A stretch of 64,000 nucleotides of DNA from Methanoculleus sp. UBA208 (GTDB lineage: Archaea; Halobacteriota; Methanomicrobia; Methanomicrobiales; Methanoculleaceae), in assembly GCF_002498065.1 (NCBI RefSeq), contig NZ_DAFZ01000109.1:2542-66541 (forward strand), in the 5' to 3' direction. Below, piece after piece: positions 30,602 to 41,843 of this stretch. Under the pieces are notes generated by a model. That model was not told where the DNA came from. It worked only from the letters and a program-made list of their open reading frames with translations, and made no database searches. The position numbers and the translations under genes are program-made. The first letter of the stretch is position 1. Every line of letters begins with the position of its first letter.

Positions 30602-33346
30602 ATGCTCGAGGAAGAATATACGCTCGATTATTTCAGGTCCGAAGGGTTTGAGCGGAAGGTCTGCAAGAGTTGCGGGGCGGCCTTCTGGACCCGGGACCCC
30701 GAACAAGAGTTCTGCGGCGACGCTCCGTGTGTAACGTATAACTTCATCGGCAACCCGGTCTTCAAACCCCATAGCGTTGATGAGATGCGGGAGGCGTTCC
30801 TCTCGTTCTTTGAGCGGCACGGTCATACACGCCTCGAACGATACCCCGTAGCCGCCCGGTGGAGAGACGATATTTATCTCACCATCGCGTCCATCGCCGA
30901 CTTCCAGCCGTTTGTCACGAGCGGGGTCGTCCCCCCGCCGGCGAACCCGCTGACCATCTCCCAGCCCTGCATCCGGTTAAACGACCTCGACTCCGTCGGA
31001 AGGTCGGGGCGCCACCTGACGCTCTTTGAGATGATGGCGCATCACGCCTTCAACACCCCCGAGGAGCAGATCTACTGGAAGGATGAGACGGTCGCCCTCT
31101 GCGACGAGTTCATCATGTCCATCGGGGGCGATCTCGACCGGGTCAGCTACAAGGAGCACCCGTGGTACGGCGGCGGGAACGCCGGCGCCTCCGTCGAGGT
31201 GCTCATCGGCGGCCTCGAGGTCGCGACGCTGGTCTTCATGAACCTCGGGCGGCAGAAGACCGATCAGCCGCCCGTCGACGTGAACGGGGTGCCCTACTAC
31301 CCGATGCGGCTCAAGATCGTGGATACCGGCTACGGCCTTGAACGGTTCGTCTGGGCTTCGAAGGGTTCGCCGACGATCTACGACGCGGTATTCCCGGAGA
31401 TGGTGAGCCGCCTGATGCATTCGGCCCATCTCGAGAACCTCCTCGACAACCCCGAGTTCACGAAGATCATGGGGCTCAGCGCCCGGTTCGCCGGGGTCAT
31501 GGACATCTCCGGGACGAACCTTTACAACCTCCGCAAAAAGGTCGCCGAGGCGATCGACGTACCCGTCGAACGGCTGGAGCGGATCGTCGTCCCGATCGAG
31601 AAGGTCTACTCGATCGCCGATCACACCCGCTGCCTCGCCTACATGCTCGGCGACTGCATCGTCCCCTCGAATGTCCGGGAGGGGTATCTCGCCCGGCTCG
31701 TGCTTCGCCGGACGCTCCGGATGATGAACGACCTCTCGATGGATGACGACCTCGCCGACCTGATCGAGGCGCAGATGCAGATCGTGGGAGTCGAGAACTT
31801 CGAGCAGGACGCCGATGTGGTCAGGGAGATCGTGGAGAACGAGGAGGCGAGGTACGCAAGCACTCTCGAGCGCGGGACCCGGATCGTCCAGAAGATCGCC
31901 CGGAACTACAAGGCAAAGAGTTCCCGGGTTCCCCTCACGGAAGTCATCACCCTCTACGATTCGCACGGCATCCCGCCCGAGATGATAAGGGATGTCGCTG
32001 CCGCCGAGGGTGCCGTCGTGGAGATCCCCGACAACTTCTACTCGCTGATCGCCGAGTCTCACTCGGAGGCGCAGAAGGAGGTGAAGGGCGAGGACCCGCT
32101 TGCCCGCTACCGCGAGCGGGCGAAAGCGCTCCCCCCGACAAAGAAGCTCTATTACGAACTCCCGAACGAGATCGAGTTCGAAGCGATGGTGCTGGACTAC
32201 TTCGACGGGATGGCGGTGCTGGACCAGACGCTCTTCTATCCCGAGGGCGGCGGCCAGCCGTCCGATACCGGCACCCTGGTAACGTCCGAGAGCATGGTGC
32301 GGGTGGAGGAAGCCGTGAAACTCGGAGAGGTCATCCTCCACCGGGTCACGGGCGGTCCCCTGAAGCGGGGCGACCGGGTGAAGGGCATGGTCGACGAGGA
32401 GCGCCGGTGGTCGCTGATGCGCCACCACACGGCGACCCACGTTCTCCTCCACGCCGCTCAGCAGGTGCTCGGCGTCCACGTGCACCAGGCGGGCGCCCAG
32501 AAGGGGAGCGACGCTTCCCGCCTGGACATCCGGCATTACACGCATATCACGCCTGAAGAGCTCAGGAGAATCGAGATTGAGGCGAACCGCCTGGTCATGG
32601 CCGACACGCCGGTCTATGTCCATGTCGAGGAGCGGACGAAGGCCGAACAGAAGTACGGGTTCGGCCTCTACCAGGGCGGCGTCCCGCCGGGCCGGGAGAT
32701 CAGGACGGTGCAGGTCGGCGCCGACGTGCAGGCGTGTGCGGGAACGCACGTCCGGACGACCGGCGAGATCGGGCCGATCCGGATCCTCGGCGTCGAGCAT
32801 ATCCAGGACGGCGTGGAGCGGCTGGTCTTTGCGGCCGGTATCGCCGCCGTGCATGCCGTGCAGCGCATGGAGGAACTCCTCCAGGCGTCCGCCGACGTGG
32901 TGAGCGTCCAGCCCGAGAACCTGCCGGCAACGGTAGCGCGGTTCTTTGGTGAGTGGAAGGAGCAGAAGAAAGAGATCGAACGTCTCCGGAAGAAGGTGGT
33001 GGACCTCGAGATGCGCAGTCTCGACGGCGAGATGGTGGACGGGGTCAGGGTCGTCGTCAGGCAGGTGGATGCGGCCCAGAAGGAGCTCGTCGCGCTCGCC
33101 ACCACCGTCGCCGACGAGGGCGGCGTGGCGCTCTTTGCGTCGGGAGACGGTAACGTGAAGGTTGTGGCAGCGTCGGGCGCACCGGCGGTGAACGCCGTCG
33201 ATATCGTGCGGGAGGCCTGCGGCATCCTCGGCGGGAAGGGCGGCGGCAAGCCGAACCTTGCGCAGGGCGCAGGCCCGGACATCTCCCGGCTCGAAGAGGC
33301 GCTCGAGCACGGGCGCAACAGAATTATCGAAGCACTCCATGGCTGA
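30602..33346 (+). CDS. alaS: Alanine--tRNA ligase (archaeal type)
   Basis: IASIADFQP, SQPCIR, DTGYGLER, editing HHTATH and CAGTH, C-Ala GGKGGG. Confidence 0.98.
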   Translation: MLEEEYTLDYFRSEGFERKVCKSCGAAFWTRDPEQEFCGDAPCVTYNFIGNPVFKPHSVDEMREAFLSFFERHGHTRLERYPVAARWRDDIYLTIASIADFQPFVTSGVVPPPANPLTISQPCIRLNDLDSVGRSGRHLTLFEMMAHHAFNTPEEQIYWKDETVALCDEFIMSIGGDLDRVSYKEHPWYGGGNAGASVEVLIGGLEVATLVFMNLGRQKTDQPPVDVNGVPYYPMRLKIVDTGYGLERFVWASKGSPTIYDAVFPEMVSRLMHSAHLENLLDNPEFTKIMGLSARFAGVMDISGTNLYNLRKKVAEAIDVPVERLERIVVPIEKVYSIADHTRCLAYMLGDCIVPSNVREGYLARLVLRRTLRMMNDLSMDDDLADLIEAQMQIVGVENFEQDADVVREIVENEEARYASTLERGTRIVQKIARNYKAKSSRVPLTEVITLYDSHGIPPEMIRDVAAAEGAVVEIPDNFYSLIAESHSEAQKEVKGEDPLARYRERAKALPPTKKLYYELPNEIEFEAMVLDYFDGMAVLDQTLFYPEGGGQPSDTGTLVTSESMVRVEEAVKLGEVILHRVTGGPLKRGDRVKGMVDEERRWSLMRHHTATHVLLHAAQQVLGVHVHQAGAQKGSDASRLDIRHYTHITPEELRRIEIEANRLVMADTPVYVHVEERTKAEQKYGFGLYQGGVPPGREIRTVQVGADVQACAGTHVRTTGEIGPIRILGVEHIQDGVERLVFAAGIAAVHAVQRMEELLQASADVVSVQPENLPATVARFFGEWKEQKKEIERLRKKVVDLEMRSLDGEMVDGVRVVVRQVDAAQKELVALATTVADEGGVALFASGDGNVKVVAASGAPAVNAVDIVREACGILGGKGGGKPNLAQGAGPDISRLEEALEHGRNRIIEALHG

Positions 33347-33998
33347 CGATGTGGTAGTTATCCAGCCGGGCGATGAGCGGGCACAGAAGATCGCCCGGGC
33401 AATGGCGAGCCAGACGGCGAACGCGATCATCCAGGCCTTCGGCGGCGGGCCGCTGACGTCGTCGGAGGTTGCCCGGCAGATGAAGATCCCGATCACCACC
33501 GCTTCCTACCACATCGAAAACCTCCTCGACGCCGGGCTTCTTGAGGTAATGGAGACCCGCTGGAGCGAGAAAGGGCGCGAGGTGAAGGTCTACGGCCTCG
33601 CGAACCAGGTCCTCATCATCGCGTCGCCGGCAAGCGATCTCCGGTCGGTGTTGCAGAAGTACGCGACGCTCTTTGGAGTCGTCGTCCTCGCGAGCCTCGG
33701 GCTCTGGGCAATCCTCCCGGCGGTGCTGCCGCTCGGCGGCTTTTCGCCCGCCCCAAGGTTGGTTTCCGAAAACGGGGAGAAATACACCGGCGGCACCGGT
33801 GAGGACGTCTCGACGCTCCAGAGCCCCGCCTTCGATGGCGCCGGGGTGCCGCCGGTCCACGACCTGGTGATGGGTTTCTTCTTCGGCGCCTGTGCGGTGC
33901 TGCTGGCGCTGCTGGTCTACGAGGTCTACTACTGGTGGCGCACCTCCCCGCGCTGCAGGGTGGAAAATGAGCCCGAGCAGGTAAAAAAAGTCAGGTGA
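33339..33998 (+). CDS. ArsR-family HTH regulator with two transmembrane segments
   Basis: LTSSEVARQMKIPITTASYHIENLLDAGLL...WSEKGREVKVY followed by two hydrophobic stretches. Confidence 0.82.
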   Translation: MADDVVVIQPGDERAQKIARAMASQTANAIIQAFGGGPLTSSEVARQMKIPITTASYHIENLLDAGLLEVMETRWSEKGREVKVYGLANQVLIIASPASDLRSVLQKYATLFGVVVLASLGLWAILPAVLPLGGFSPAPRLVSENGEKYTGGTGEDVSTLQSPAFDGAGVPPVHDLVMGFFFGACAVLLALLVYEVYYWWRTSPRCRVENEPEQVKKVR

Positions 33999-34470
33999 GA
34001 GGTTTTCGGGTTTTTATCGCCGCCCCCCTGCAACTCCGGCTTGTGGCTGTTTTCCGGTTCCTGCTTCAACTTTTGCCCCGCATTTTGGGCATCGCGTCTT
34101 CTTCGGGTTGATCTCTGCACCGCAACTGTAGCATTTCGGCATGGTGTCTCACCACACTGCGCCTGATGCTGTTCTTATGTCATAAGGGTATCCTATGGAG
34201 AATCCTGTCACGGCCCCTGCTGCAGGCCGACGTGCGCCGTATTGCCTACCGGCCCGTATGATGGCCCGGTCTCCGTGTTCTCCGGAGGGGGCTGGCAGGG
34301 ATCGGGACGCGGGCATCGCGATCGTCCGTACCATCTGTGCACCCTTTCAACCCGTTTTTCCGGCTCTTTTTGTCCAATATCCTCTGATGTTGATTCTCCG
34401 GGATTTTTTTGTGCCCGACATATATTTGAATATGGATAAAAATATAACACCTGCTCGTCAACCATGATCC

Positions 34471-35070
34471 ATGCTCGCCATCGTCCCGGAGATTGACCCG
34501 GAGGTCTTCTCGCTGGTCGTAATCCCGGTGTTCATCTTTCTCGCGCGTATCTGCGACGTTACCATCGGGACGATGCGGATCATCTTCGTCTCCCGGGGGA
34601 TGAAGGTGATCGCCCCGGTCCTTGGATTCTTCGAGATCTTCATCTGGATCGTTGCCGTCGGCCAGATCTTTCAGAACCTCACGAACCCCTTCAACTACTT
34701 CGCCTACGCGGCCGGGTTCGCCGCCGGGAACTACATCGGGATGCTTGTCGAGGAACGGCTGGCGATGGGGCTTGCGCTCATCCGAATCATCACCCAGCGG
34801 GATGCAACGAACCTCATCGACTACCTCCGCGCCGCCGGCTACGGGGTGACGGTCTTCGACGCCCAGGGGAAACAGGGTCCCGGCAAGGTTCTCTTCTCGG
34901 TGGTCAAGAGAAAGAACATCCGCGACGTGGAGGACGCCATCCACGAGTTCAACCCCAAGGCGTTCTACTCGATCGAGGACGTGCGGCGGGCGGCGGAGGG
35001 GACGTTCCCGGTCACCGTGCCGGGCCCGACCCCGTTCTCCTTTGGGAGAGTCATCCGGAAGGGGAAGTGA
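34471..35070 (+). CDS. DUF2179 / UPF0316 membrane protein
   Basis: [46 protein letters not shown]. Confidence 0.88.
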   Translation: MLAIVPEIDPEVFSLVVIPVFIFLARICDVTIGTMRIIFVSRGMKVIAPVLGFFEIFIWIVAVGQIFQNLTNPFNYFAYAAGFAAGNYIGMLVEERLAMGLALIRIITQRDATNLIDYLRAAGYGVTVFDAQGKQGPGKVLFSVVKRKNIRDVEDAIHEFNPKAFYSIEDVRRAAEGTFPVTVPGPTPFSFGRVIRKGK

Positions 35071-36205
35071 CCCCTCCGTAGGTTATCCGGTAGACGGCGT
35101 TCGCCCGGTCGTCCGAGACCAGGAGCGAACCGTCGTTTGCCACCTCGACGTCAACCGGCCGTCCCCATGCATCGCCCTCCTGGAGCCAGCCCTCCGCAAA
35201 GACGTCGTAGGAGACGGGCGTGCTGTTCTCGAGTTCGACCATCGTCACCCGGTAGCCGATCGGCTCCGCCCGGTTCCAGGAACCGTGCTCGGCGATGAAG
35301 ATCCTGTTCTCGTATTCCCTCGTGAACTGCTCGCCGGTGTAGAACCGCATGCCAAGCGCAGCCACGTGCGGCCCGAGTTCCTGCTCCGGCGGCGTGAACT
35401 CGCTGCATGACCGCTCCGCCCCGAACTCCGGGTCGGGGATCGACCGCCCGTGGCAGTAGGGGAACCCGAAGTGCATCCCGCTCTCCGGCGCCCGGTTCAG
35501 CTCGTCTGGCGGGACGTTCTCGCCGAGCCAGTCCCGGCCGTTGTCGGTGAACCATAATACACCGGTATCCGGGTGCCAGTCGAACCCCACGGTGTTCCTG
35601 ATGCCCCGTGCATAGACCTCGAGATCGGTCCCGTCCGGGTTCATCCGGAGGATGGTGCCGAACCGCTCGTCGTCGGGGTCGCAGACGTTGCAGGGCACGC
35701 CTACAGGGATGTAGAGTTTCCCGTCGGGCCCGAAGGCGATGAACTTCCACCCGTGCGACGCGTCGTCCGGGAAGGCGTAGCTCACCACCGCCGCCTCGGG
35801 CGGGTCGGCAAGGTTCGCCTCGATATCGTCGTAGCGCAGGATGCGGCCGATCTCGGCAACGTAGAGGGAGCCGTTCCGGAGCGCAACCCCGTTCGGGGAG
35901 TCGAGACCGTTCGCGATGACGATCACTTCATCGCCCTTACCGTCGCCGTCGCGGTCGGGTATGGCGTAGACGTTCCCGGGGCCGCGGCTCCCGACGAAGA
36001 GCGTCCCGTTCGGGGACATGGTCATCGATCGCGCCCCGGTGACGTTCCCGGCATAGACGTCGATCGCAAAGCCCGGCGGGAGGGTGATCGTATCGAGCGG
36101 CAGGGTGCCGGCGGTGCCCCCCGGGGGCATCACGACGGCCACGGCGATGCCGAGGAGGGCGAGCACCGCAACCGCGGCAAGGATGATAACAGTCCGGCGT
36201 GTCAT
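35051..36205 (-). CDS. Glucose/sorbosone dehydrogenase (PQQ-dependent sugar dehydrogenase family)
   Basis: Signal anchor; [38 protein letters not shown]. Confidence 0.9.
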   Translation of the reverse strand: MTRRTVIILAAVAVLALLGIAVAVVMPPGGTAGTLPLDTITLPPGFAIDVYAGNVTGARSMTMSPNGTLFVGSRGPGNVYAIPDRDGDGKGDEVIVIANGLDSPNGVALRNGSLYVAEIGRILRYDDIEANLADPPEAAVVSYAFPDDASHGWKFIAFGPDGKLYIPVGVPCNVCDPDDERFGTILRMNPDGTDLEVYARGIRNTVGFDWHPDTGVLWFTDNGRDWLGENVPPDELNRAPESGMHFGFPYCHGRSIPDPEFGAERSCSEFTPPEQELGPHVAALGMRFYTGEQFTREYENRIFIAEHGSWNRAEPIGYRVTMVELENSTPVSYDVFAEGWLQEGDAWGRPVDVEVANDGSLLVSDDRANAVYRITYGGVTSPSG

Positions 36206-36255
36206 GGAGGGTCATCTCCGGGACTCCGGATGGCGGGAGGGTATATAGGGGTTAC

Positions 36256-36972
36256 TCACGCGAACCGCCGGATGCCGGCAAGCGGCGGGAGGACCACCGC
36301 CTCGCCGTCCACCTCCACCACCGGCTGCAGGGTGCTCGGATCCACGCGGCGGAGGATGGGCGAGAGGAAGTCCCGGCTTCTTACGTAGTTGATCGTGACG
36401 CCGGGAGAGAGCGGGTTGAAGGCCGGCATCACGATGATGTCTTTACCCCTCACCACGCCCTCCCCGTAGAGGAAACAGGGGAACCGGGCGAGATCGATCT
36501 CGATCGCCGGATGGTCGTGGCCGATGATCAGCGTCCCGTGGTCGTCGACCGCCTGATCGCCGTGGACCACCGTATAGCCGCCGCGGTCGTAGCGTTCGAC
36601 CGCCCCCCCTGCGACCGTGGGAAGCATGGCGTCGTGCGATCCCCGGACAAGGACGGCCTCGCACTCGGCCCGAAGGGTCGCAAGGATCGCCGAGAACGTC
36701 TCCCTAACGTCCCGGCTCACCCGGTTGAAGGCGTGGAAGATGTCCCCGTCGAGGACGAAGACCGCCGGAGCGAACCGGCGGAGGATCGCCTCGAACCGTT
36801 CGAGCAGCGTCTCCTCCTCGTGGAGCGGGAAGTGGAGGCCCTGGCGGTAGAGCGTCTCCGCCAGCCCGATATGGACGTCGGAGACGACGCAGAGGGAGAG
36901 TTCCCTGACGTAGAGCGCGCCCTTATAAAAGCCGAACCGGGAGAGGAGTTCGGCCTCACCGACCGCGCTCAT
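36256..36972 (-). CDS. Metallophosphoesterase (MPE, Lhr-associated)
   Basis: SDVHIG, DGDIFH, RGSHD, HGD, GHDHP, MPAFNP. Confidence 0.88.
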   Translation of the reverse strand: MSAVGEAELLSRFGFYKGALYVRELSLCVVSDVHIGLAETLYRQGLHFPLHEEETLLERFEAILRRFAPAVFVLDGDIFHAFNRVSRDVRETFSAILATLRAECEAVLVRGSHDAMLPTVAGGAVERYDRGGYTVVHGDQAVDDHGTLIIGHDHPAIEIDLARFPCFLYGEGVVRGKDIIVMPAFNPLSPGVTINYVRSRDFLSPILRRVDPSTLQPVVEVDGEAVVLPPLAGIRRFA

Positions 36973-39587
36973 GCCGCCGCCTCACCTCCGATGCTGCTCA
37001 TCACCCGGCGCTGGAACTCGCGGAGCATCGAGAGCCGGTCCTGCGCGTAGACCGCGTCGGAGACCCCGAGCGTCGCGATCCCGAACGCGAGCGGGCTCGG
37101 GGACGCGGCGCGGGTCAGGACGACCTCGATTGCGCACGCACCGATGCCGTCGACGATCCGCCGGATGTTCTCGACCTCGAACCGGTCCTCGATCACCTCG
37201 CGGTAGGTCTCCCGCATCACGGCGAAGCCGTCGAGCCGTTTGGCAAACGCTATCAGCATGTCGGCGCTCACCTGCTGGCGCCGGGCGCTCCTTCTTTTGC
37301 CCATGTAGTTACGGAGGATCATGAACGACCGGGCCGCGTTGATCCGGAAGACCCGCTTTAAGAGCTGGGTATCCCCGACGGCCTCCTCGAGGATCTCGCT
37401 GCATTCGTCGGCCCGGATGCCCCCGATGATGCGCACGGGGTCGGCTCTCTTCTCCAGCGGAATCGAGACCAGAAACCCGGTGTCGCTGATCCCGACCGAG
37501 ACGTTCGTCGTGACGTCCCGCGCGATCATGAAGGCGACGATCCGGGAGAACCCGTCGTTGAACCGCAGCCCGTAGTTGGTCATGAAGTAGTAGAGGCGGC
37601 GGTGGTTCTCCCGGTCGACCTGCTCCTCGACGACGATCCGGCCGGGCGTGGGGACGGCCAGATCGCCCATGTAGCGCACCTGCTGCTCGAAGATCGCGCA
37701 GATGCTCCGGGCGCTGTTCTCGTCGATCGGGTACCCGGCAAGGAGCGTATCGACGAGGTCTTCCGTCCCCATCGTCTGCATCGCACGAAGCATCGTCTCC
37801 TTGAACCGGAGGACATGGAGGCCGAGATCGAACGAGAGCGGGAGTTTCTCGGAGAACCAGCTCGGTATCGTCGGCCGGTCGGTCGTCGGATCGACGTAGA
37901 GTTTCCCGCCCCGGCGGTAGGCGAACTTGTAGCGCCGCCCCCCGAGGACGAAGACGTCGCCCTTGTTCATCCGCTCCAGGTATTTCTCGTCCAGGTTGCC
38001 GGCAAACGCCCCGTCCCGGGTGAGGACGTCGCAGGAGAACTCATCAGGGATGGTCCCGGAGTTTAAGAAGTAGATCATCCGGGCGTTCCGCCCTCGCTTT
38101 CGAACCGTCCCCTCCTCCGCGTCGTGCCATATCTTCGCGTAGATCCGCCGCTCCTCGAGCCCCGCATACTCCCCCGCGAGGTAGCGGACGACGCTCATGA
38201 GGTCTTCCTCCTCGAGGTTCTGGTAGCAGTGGGACCGGCGGACGACCTCGAGCATCGTATCAACCTGCGTCGTCCCCTCGAGCGCCATCCCGAAGACGTG
38301 CTGGGCGAGGACGTCGAGACAGTTCTCCGGGATGTGGATCCGGTCGACGAACCCGCTCTGCCCCTCCCGGAGCATCACCGCGCACTCGACGAGCTCGTCG
38401 CGATCGAGGACGACGATCCTCCCTTTGACCACCTCGCCGAGGCGGTGCCCGGCCCGCCCGATCCGCTGGAGGAGCGCCGCCACGGACTTGGGCGATCCCA
38501 CCTGGAGGACGAGGTCGACGTGGGGCATGTCGACCCCGAGTTCGAGCGATGTGGAGGTCGTCACCACCTTCACCCTCCCTGACTTGAGTTTCTCCTCGAC
38601 GGCAAGCCTCCCCTCTGTCCCCATCGAGCCGTGATGGCACCCCGTGTTCTCTTCCGTGTAGCACTCCGGGTAGCGGACACGGAGGTTGTGGAGGATCCGC
38701 TCGGCGCCGTTCCTGGTGTTCGTGAAGACGAGCGTGTTGCTGTGATCCTCTACGAGGCGGTGGATGGTCGCGTAAAGGTGCCGCGAGAGGTCTTCGGGTG
38801 TGGTGTCGATGAGATCGGGGACCGGACAGAGGAGCTCCAGGTCGAACTCCCGCGCGAACCGGGTATCGACGATCTCCACCTCGCGCCCGGCGCCGACCAG
38901 GAACCGGCCTACCTCCTCGAGAGGCTCGATCGTCGCCGAGCACCCGATTCGGGTAAAGCCACCGCCCGCCTCCTTCACCAGTTCCTCCAGGCGCTCGAGG
39001 CTCACCGAGAGGTGGACGCCGCGTTTCGAGCCTGCAAGGGAGTGAATCTCGTCGACGACGACCCACCGGACAGTCCGGAGGCTCTCGCGGAACTTCGGGG
39101 AGTTCAAGAGGATCCCGAGGGTCTCGGGGGTGATGTTGAGGATGTGGGGGGGTTTTCGCGCCATCTTTGCTTTATCTGCTATCGAGACGTCCCCGTGCCG
39201 GATCGCGTGCCGTATGGGTGTGTGATCGATCCCCCGCCCGCGGGCGATCTCCCGGACCCCCTCGAGCGGCTGGCTGAGGTTCTTGTGGATGTCGTTTGCG
39301 AGCGACTTGAGCGGTGAGATGTAAAGGCAGTAGACGCTGTCCTCGAGCCCCTCCGTCCGTGCCCGGACAAAGAGGTCGTCGATGATCGCAAGGAACGCCG
39401 AGAGGGTCTTTCCCGACCCGGTCGGCGAACAGATGAGGACGTTCTTTCCGTCGTGGATGAGCGGGACCGCCATCCGTTGCGGCGGCGTGAGACGCCCCTC
39501 CAGTCGTTGCATGCACCATTCCTGTACGTTTTCGTCGAGGAGACCGAGGATCTCCTCATCAGAATGCCCTGCCGGCCGCTTCTCCAT
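36969..39587 (-). CDS. lhr: Lhr-family SF2 helicase (Lhr-core)
   Basis: SPTGSGKT, ISPLKSLANDI, DEIH, KRG, SAT, TSLELGVD, QRIGRAGH. Confidence 0.93.
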   Translation of the reverse strand: MEKRPAGHSDEEILGLLDENVQEWCMQRLEGRLTPPQRMAVPLIHDGKNVLICSPTGSGKTLSAFLAIIDDLFVRARTEGLEDSVYCLYISPLKSLANDIHKNLSQPLEGVREIARGRGIDHTPIRHAIRHGDVSIADKAKMARKPPHILNITPETLGILLNSPKFRESLRTVRWVVVDEIHSLAGSKRGVHLSVSLERLEELVKEAGGGFTRIGCSATIEPLEEVGRFLVGAGREVEIVDTRFAREFDLELLCPVPDLIDTTPEDLSRHLYATIHRLVEDHSNTLVFTNTRNGAERILHNLRVRYPECYTEENTGCHHGSMGTEGRLAVEEKLKSGRVKVVTTSTSLELGVDMPHVDLVLQVGSPKSVAALLQRIGRAGHRLGEVVKGRIVVLDRDELVECAVMLREGQSGFVDRIHIPENCLDVLAQHVFGMALEGTTQVDTMLEVVRRSHCYQNLEEEDLMSVVRYLAGEYAGLEERRIYAKIWHDAEEGTVRKRGRNARMIYFLNSGTIPDEFSCDVLTRDGAFAGNLDEKYLERMNKGDVFVLGGRRYKFAYRRGGKLYVDPTTDRPTIPSWFSEKLPLSFDLGLHVLRFKETMLRAMQTMGTEDLVDTLLAGYPIDENSARSICAIFEQQVRYMGDLAVPTPGRIVVEEQVDRENHRRLYYFMTNYGLRFNDGFSRIVAFMIARDVTTNVSVGISDTGFLVSIPLEKRADPVRIIGGIRADECSEILEEAVGDTQLLKRVFRINAARSFMILRNYMGKRRSARRQQVSADMLIAFAKRLDGFAVMRETYREVIEDRFEVENIRRIVDGIGACAIEVVLTRAASPSPLAFGIATLGVSDAVYAQDRLSMLREFQRRVMSSIGGEAAA

Positions 39588-40120
39588 CCCTTCACCTGCT
39601 GTTGTCCCCCGGGTTCTGCCGTGCGCCCTCCCGCATACCGGTGCGGGAAACGGCAGGCCCGCGTAATCCCTGATCTGTCCCTTGTTTGGGAGAATTTACC
39701 AACATCGGCGCGGTGAGGTGGCGAAAGGGAAAAACAGTGCTGTAGAATTGGATTCAAACAGCAGTTGCTCCCTTTCTTCGGCCGGAACGCCGCGCCGAAT
39801 TTTGTATGTATTCTGCGATCATCAAAGATAGCCTTTTGCGTATCCCGGCGTGATCGGGTGAGGTGGATGGATGTTATTTGCCGGAACTGTGCCGCGGGTT
39901 TGACGTTTAGGGTCTAAATGCGGCGATTTCCGATCCCGGTGGCAACCGGCTGCGCCTGCTCGCCCCTGAAGAATTCATTCTATCGGCTTTTCCGGCAATT
40001 GCCGCCTCCCCCCTGTGCCGGATTCCGGCAGTTCCGGGTGGCGAGAGCAATCACTCTCCGTACCGGCGCATTTGAGATATTCTAATGTATGATCTCGTGA
40101 AACCTAACAGCGGAATTACG

Positions 40121-40720
40121 ATGACAAATCACCCGGTTAAGAACATGATGCGGTTGATGGCGACCAAGATCCGGACCATTGCGGACGTGATGTCCGACGA
40201 CGAGATCGATGCGCTCCTCGCCGAGATCCTGAACGCGAATCGCATCTACACCATGGGCGCCGGGCGTTCCGGGCTCGTAGCGAAATCATTTGCCATGCGC
40301 CTGATGCACCTCGGGCTCGCCGCATTCGTCGTCGGGGAGACCGTGACCCCGGCCATGAAGCCGGGAGACGTCATTATCGTCTTCTCCGGGTCCGGCGCGA
40401 CGAAGACGGTTGCGGATATCTCGGAGACCGCAAAGGAGATCGGCGGAAGGGTCTGCCTTATTACCTCAAAGAGAGACTCAAGGATAGGCCGCATCGCCGA
40501 CTGCATCGTCATCATCGAGAGCCAGCGGGACAGGGTGGCCGACGAGTCTGCGGAGTTCGAGATCCGGCAGATGATGGGCGAGCACAAATCGTTCGCACCG
40601 CTCGGCACCATCTTCGAGACGACTGCCATGGTCTTTGCGGACGCGATCATATCCCGGCTGATGGAGATCACCCAGTGCAGGCCCGAAGACCTCCAGTGCC
40701 GGCACGCGAACATCGAGTGA
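40121..40720 (+). CDS. hxlB: 6-phospho-3-hexuloisomerase (SIS domain)
   Basis: GAGRSGLVAKSFAMRLMHLG, SGSG.T, APLGTIFE, HANIE. Confidence 0.93.
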   Translation: MTNHPVKNMMRLMATKIRTIADVMSDDEIDALLAEILNANRIYTMGAGRSGLVAKSFAMRLMHLGLAAFVVGETVTPAMKPGDVIIVFSGSGATKTVADISETAKEIGGRVCLITSKRDSRIGRIADCIVIIESQRDRVADESAEFEIRQMMGEHKSFAPLGTIFETTAMVFADAIISRLMEITQCRPEDLQCRHANIE

Positions 40721-40729
40721 GGTAATATC

Positions 40730-41836
40730 ATGAACGAACACAGGTACGCCGGCCGGGTCAGGTCGGTGGAGATGTCGGGCATCCGCAAGCTCTTCGAAGC
40801 GGGGGGGCCTGATGCAATCAACCTCGGGATCGGGCAGCCGGACTTCGATACGCCCGACCATATCAAGATGGCCGCGATCGCCGCCATCAGGGAGGGGCGA
40901 ACCGGCTACACGCCGAACGCCGGGATACCGGAACTGCGGGAGGCGATCTGTGAAAAGTTTGCGCGGGAGAACGGTCTTGCCTACCGGCCGGAGCAGATCC
41001 TGGTCACGGCAGGAGGGAGCGAAGCGCTTCACCTCGTCATGGAGGCGCTCGTGGATCCGGGCGACCGCGTCCTCTTCACCGACCCGGGATTCGTCTCCTA
41101 CGCCGCCCTTGCGACCTTCGCCGGCGGAAAGCCCGAGGGCGTGGCGCTCGATGCCGCCCTGCACATCGATGTCGAGCGGGCGAAGGAGCAGATGGACGGA
41201 GCGCGGGTCTTCGTCCTGAACTCTCCTGCAAACCCGACGGGCGCCGTCGAGAGCGAGGAGTCTATCCGCGCCCTCGTGGAGTACGCGGGCGACCGGGGGG
41301 TCACCGTCGTTACCGACGAGGTCTACGAGCACTTCATTTACGAGAAAGAGCACGTCAGTGCGGCCCGGTTCGGCGAGGACGTCATCACCGTCAACGCCGC
41401 GAGCAAGACCTACGCCATGACCGGCTGGCGGGTCGGCTACCTCGCGGCACCCGAGGACTACATCCCGGAGTTCCTCAAGGTCCACCAGTACGCCCAGGCG
41501 TGCGCGACGTCGATATCGCAGTATGCCGCGCTCGCCGCGTACACCGGCGACCAGAGCGCGGTCGCGCGGATGCGGGAGGAGTACCGCGCACGGCGCGACC
41601 TCCTCTACGACGGGCTTTCCGGTCTCGGGTTCGATTTCCCCCGGCCGGAAGGCGCGTTCTACATGTTCGTCCCGATGGGGCGATCCCTCATCGAGAAGGC
41701 CGTCGAGAACGGCATCATCATCGTGCCGGGCTCGGCGTTCGGCTCGCGGGCACCCGAATATGCACGCTTCAGCTACGCGACCTCCCGGGAGAACCTCTCC
41801 CGGGCGATCGGGAGGCTCGAGGCGCTGATGGGGTGA
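40730..41836 (+). CDS. PLP-dependent class I/II aminotransferase (aspartate aminotransferase-like)
   Basis: GQPDFDTP, NSPANPTG, DEVY, SKTYAMTGWRVG. Confidence 0.93.
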   Translation: MNEHRYAGRVRSVEMSGIRKLFEAGGPDAINLGIGQPDFDTPDHIKMAAIAAIREGRTGYTPNAGIPELREAICEKFARENGLAYRPEQILVTAGGSEALHLVMEALVDPGDRVLFTDPGFVSYAALATFAGGKPEGVALDAALHIDVERAKEQMDGARVFVLNSPANPTGAVESEESIRALVEYAGDRGVTVVTDEVYEHFIYEKEHVSAARFGEDVITVNAASKTYAMTGWRVGYLAAPEDYIPEFLKVHQYAQACATSISQYAALAAYTGDQSAVARMREEYRARRDLLYDGLSGLGFDFPRPEGAFYMFVPMGRSLIEKAVENGIIIVPGSAFGSRAPEYARFSYATSRENLSRAIGRLEALMG

Positions 41837-41843
41837 GAGAAGA

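Noticed and set aside
30977..33499. Long antisense ORFs (840 aa opposite alaS; also 4289..6232, 53986..56190, 57630..59648)
   Set aside because: Shadow ORFs expected from high-GC codon bias opposite well-supported genes; no recognisable motifs
39590..40120. Long intergenic region as an ncRNA or riboswitch
   Set aside because: No recognisable RNA family motif or convincing structure; consistent with divergent promoters
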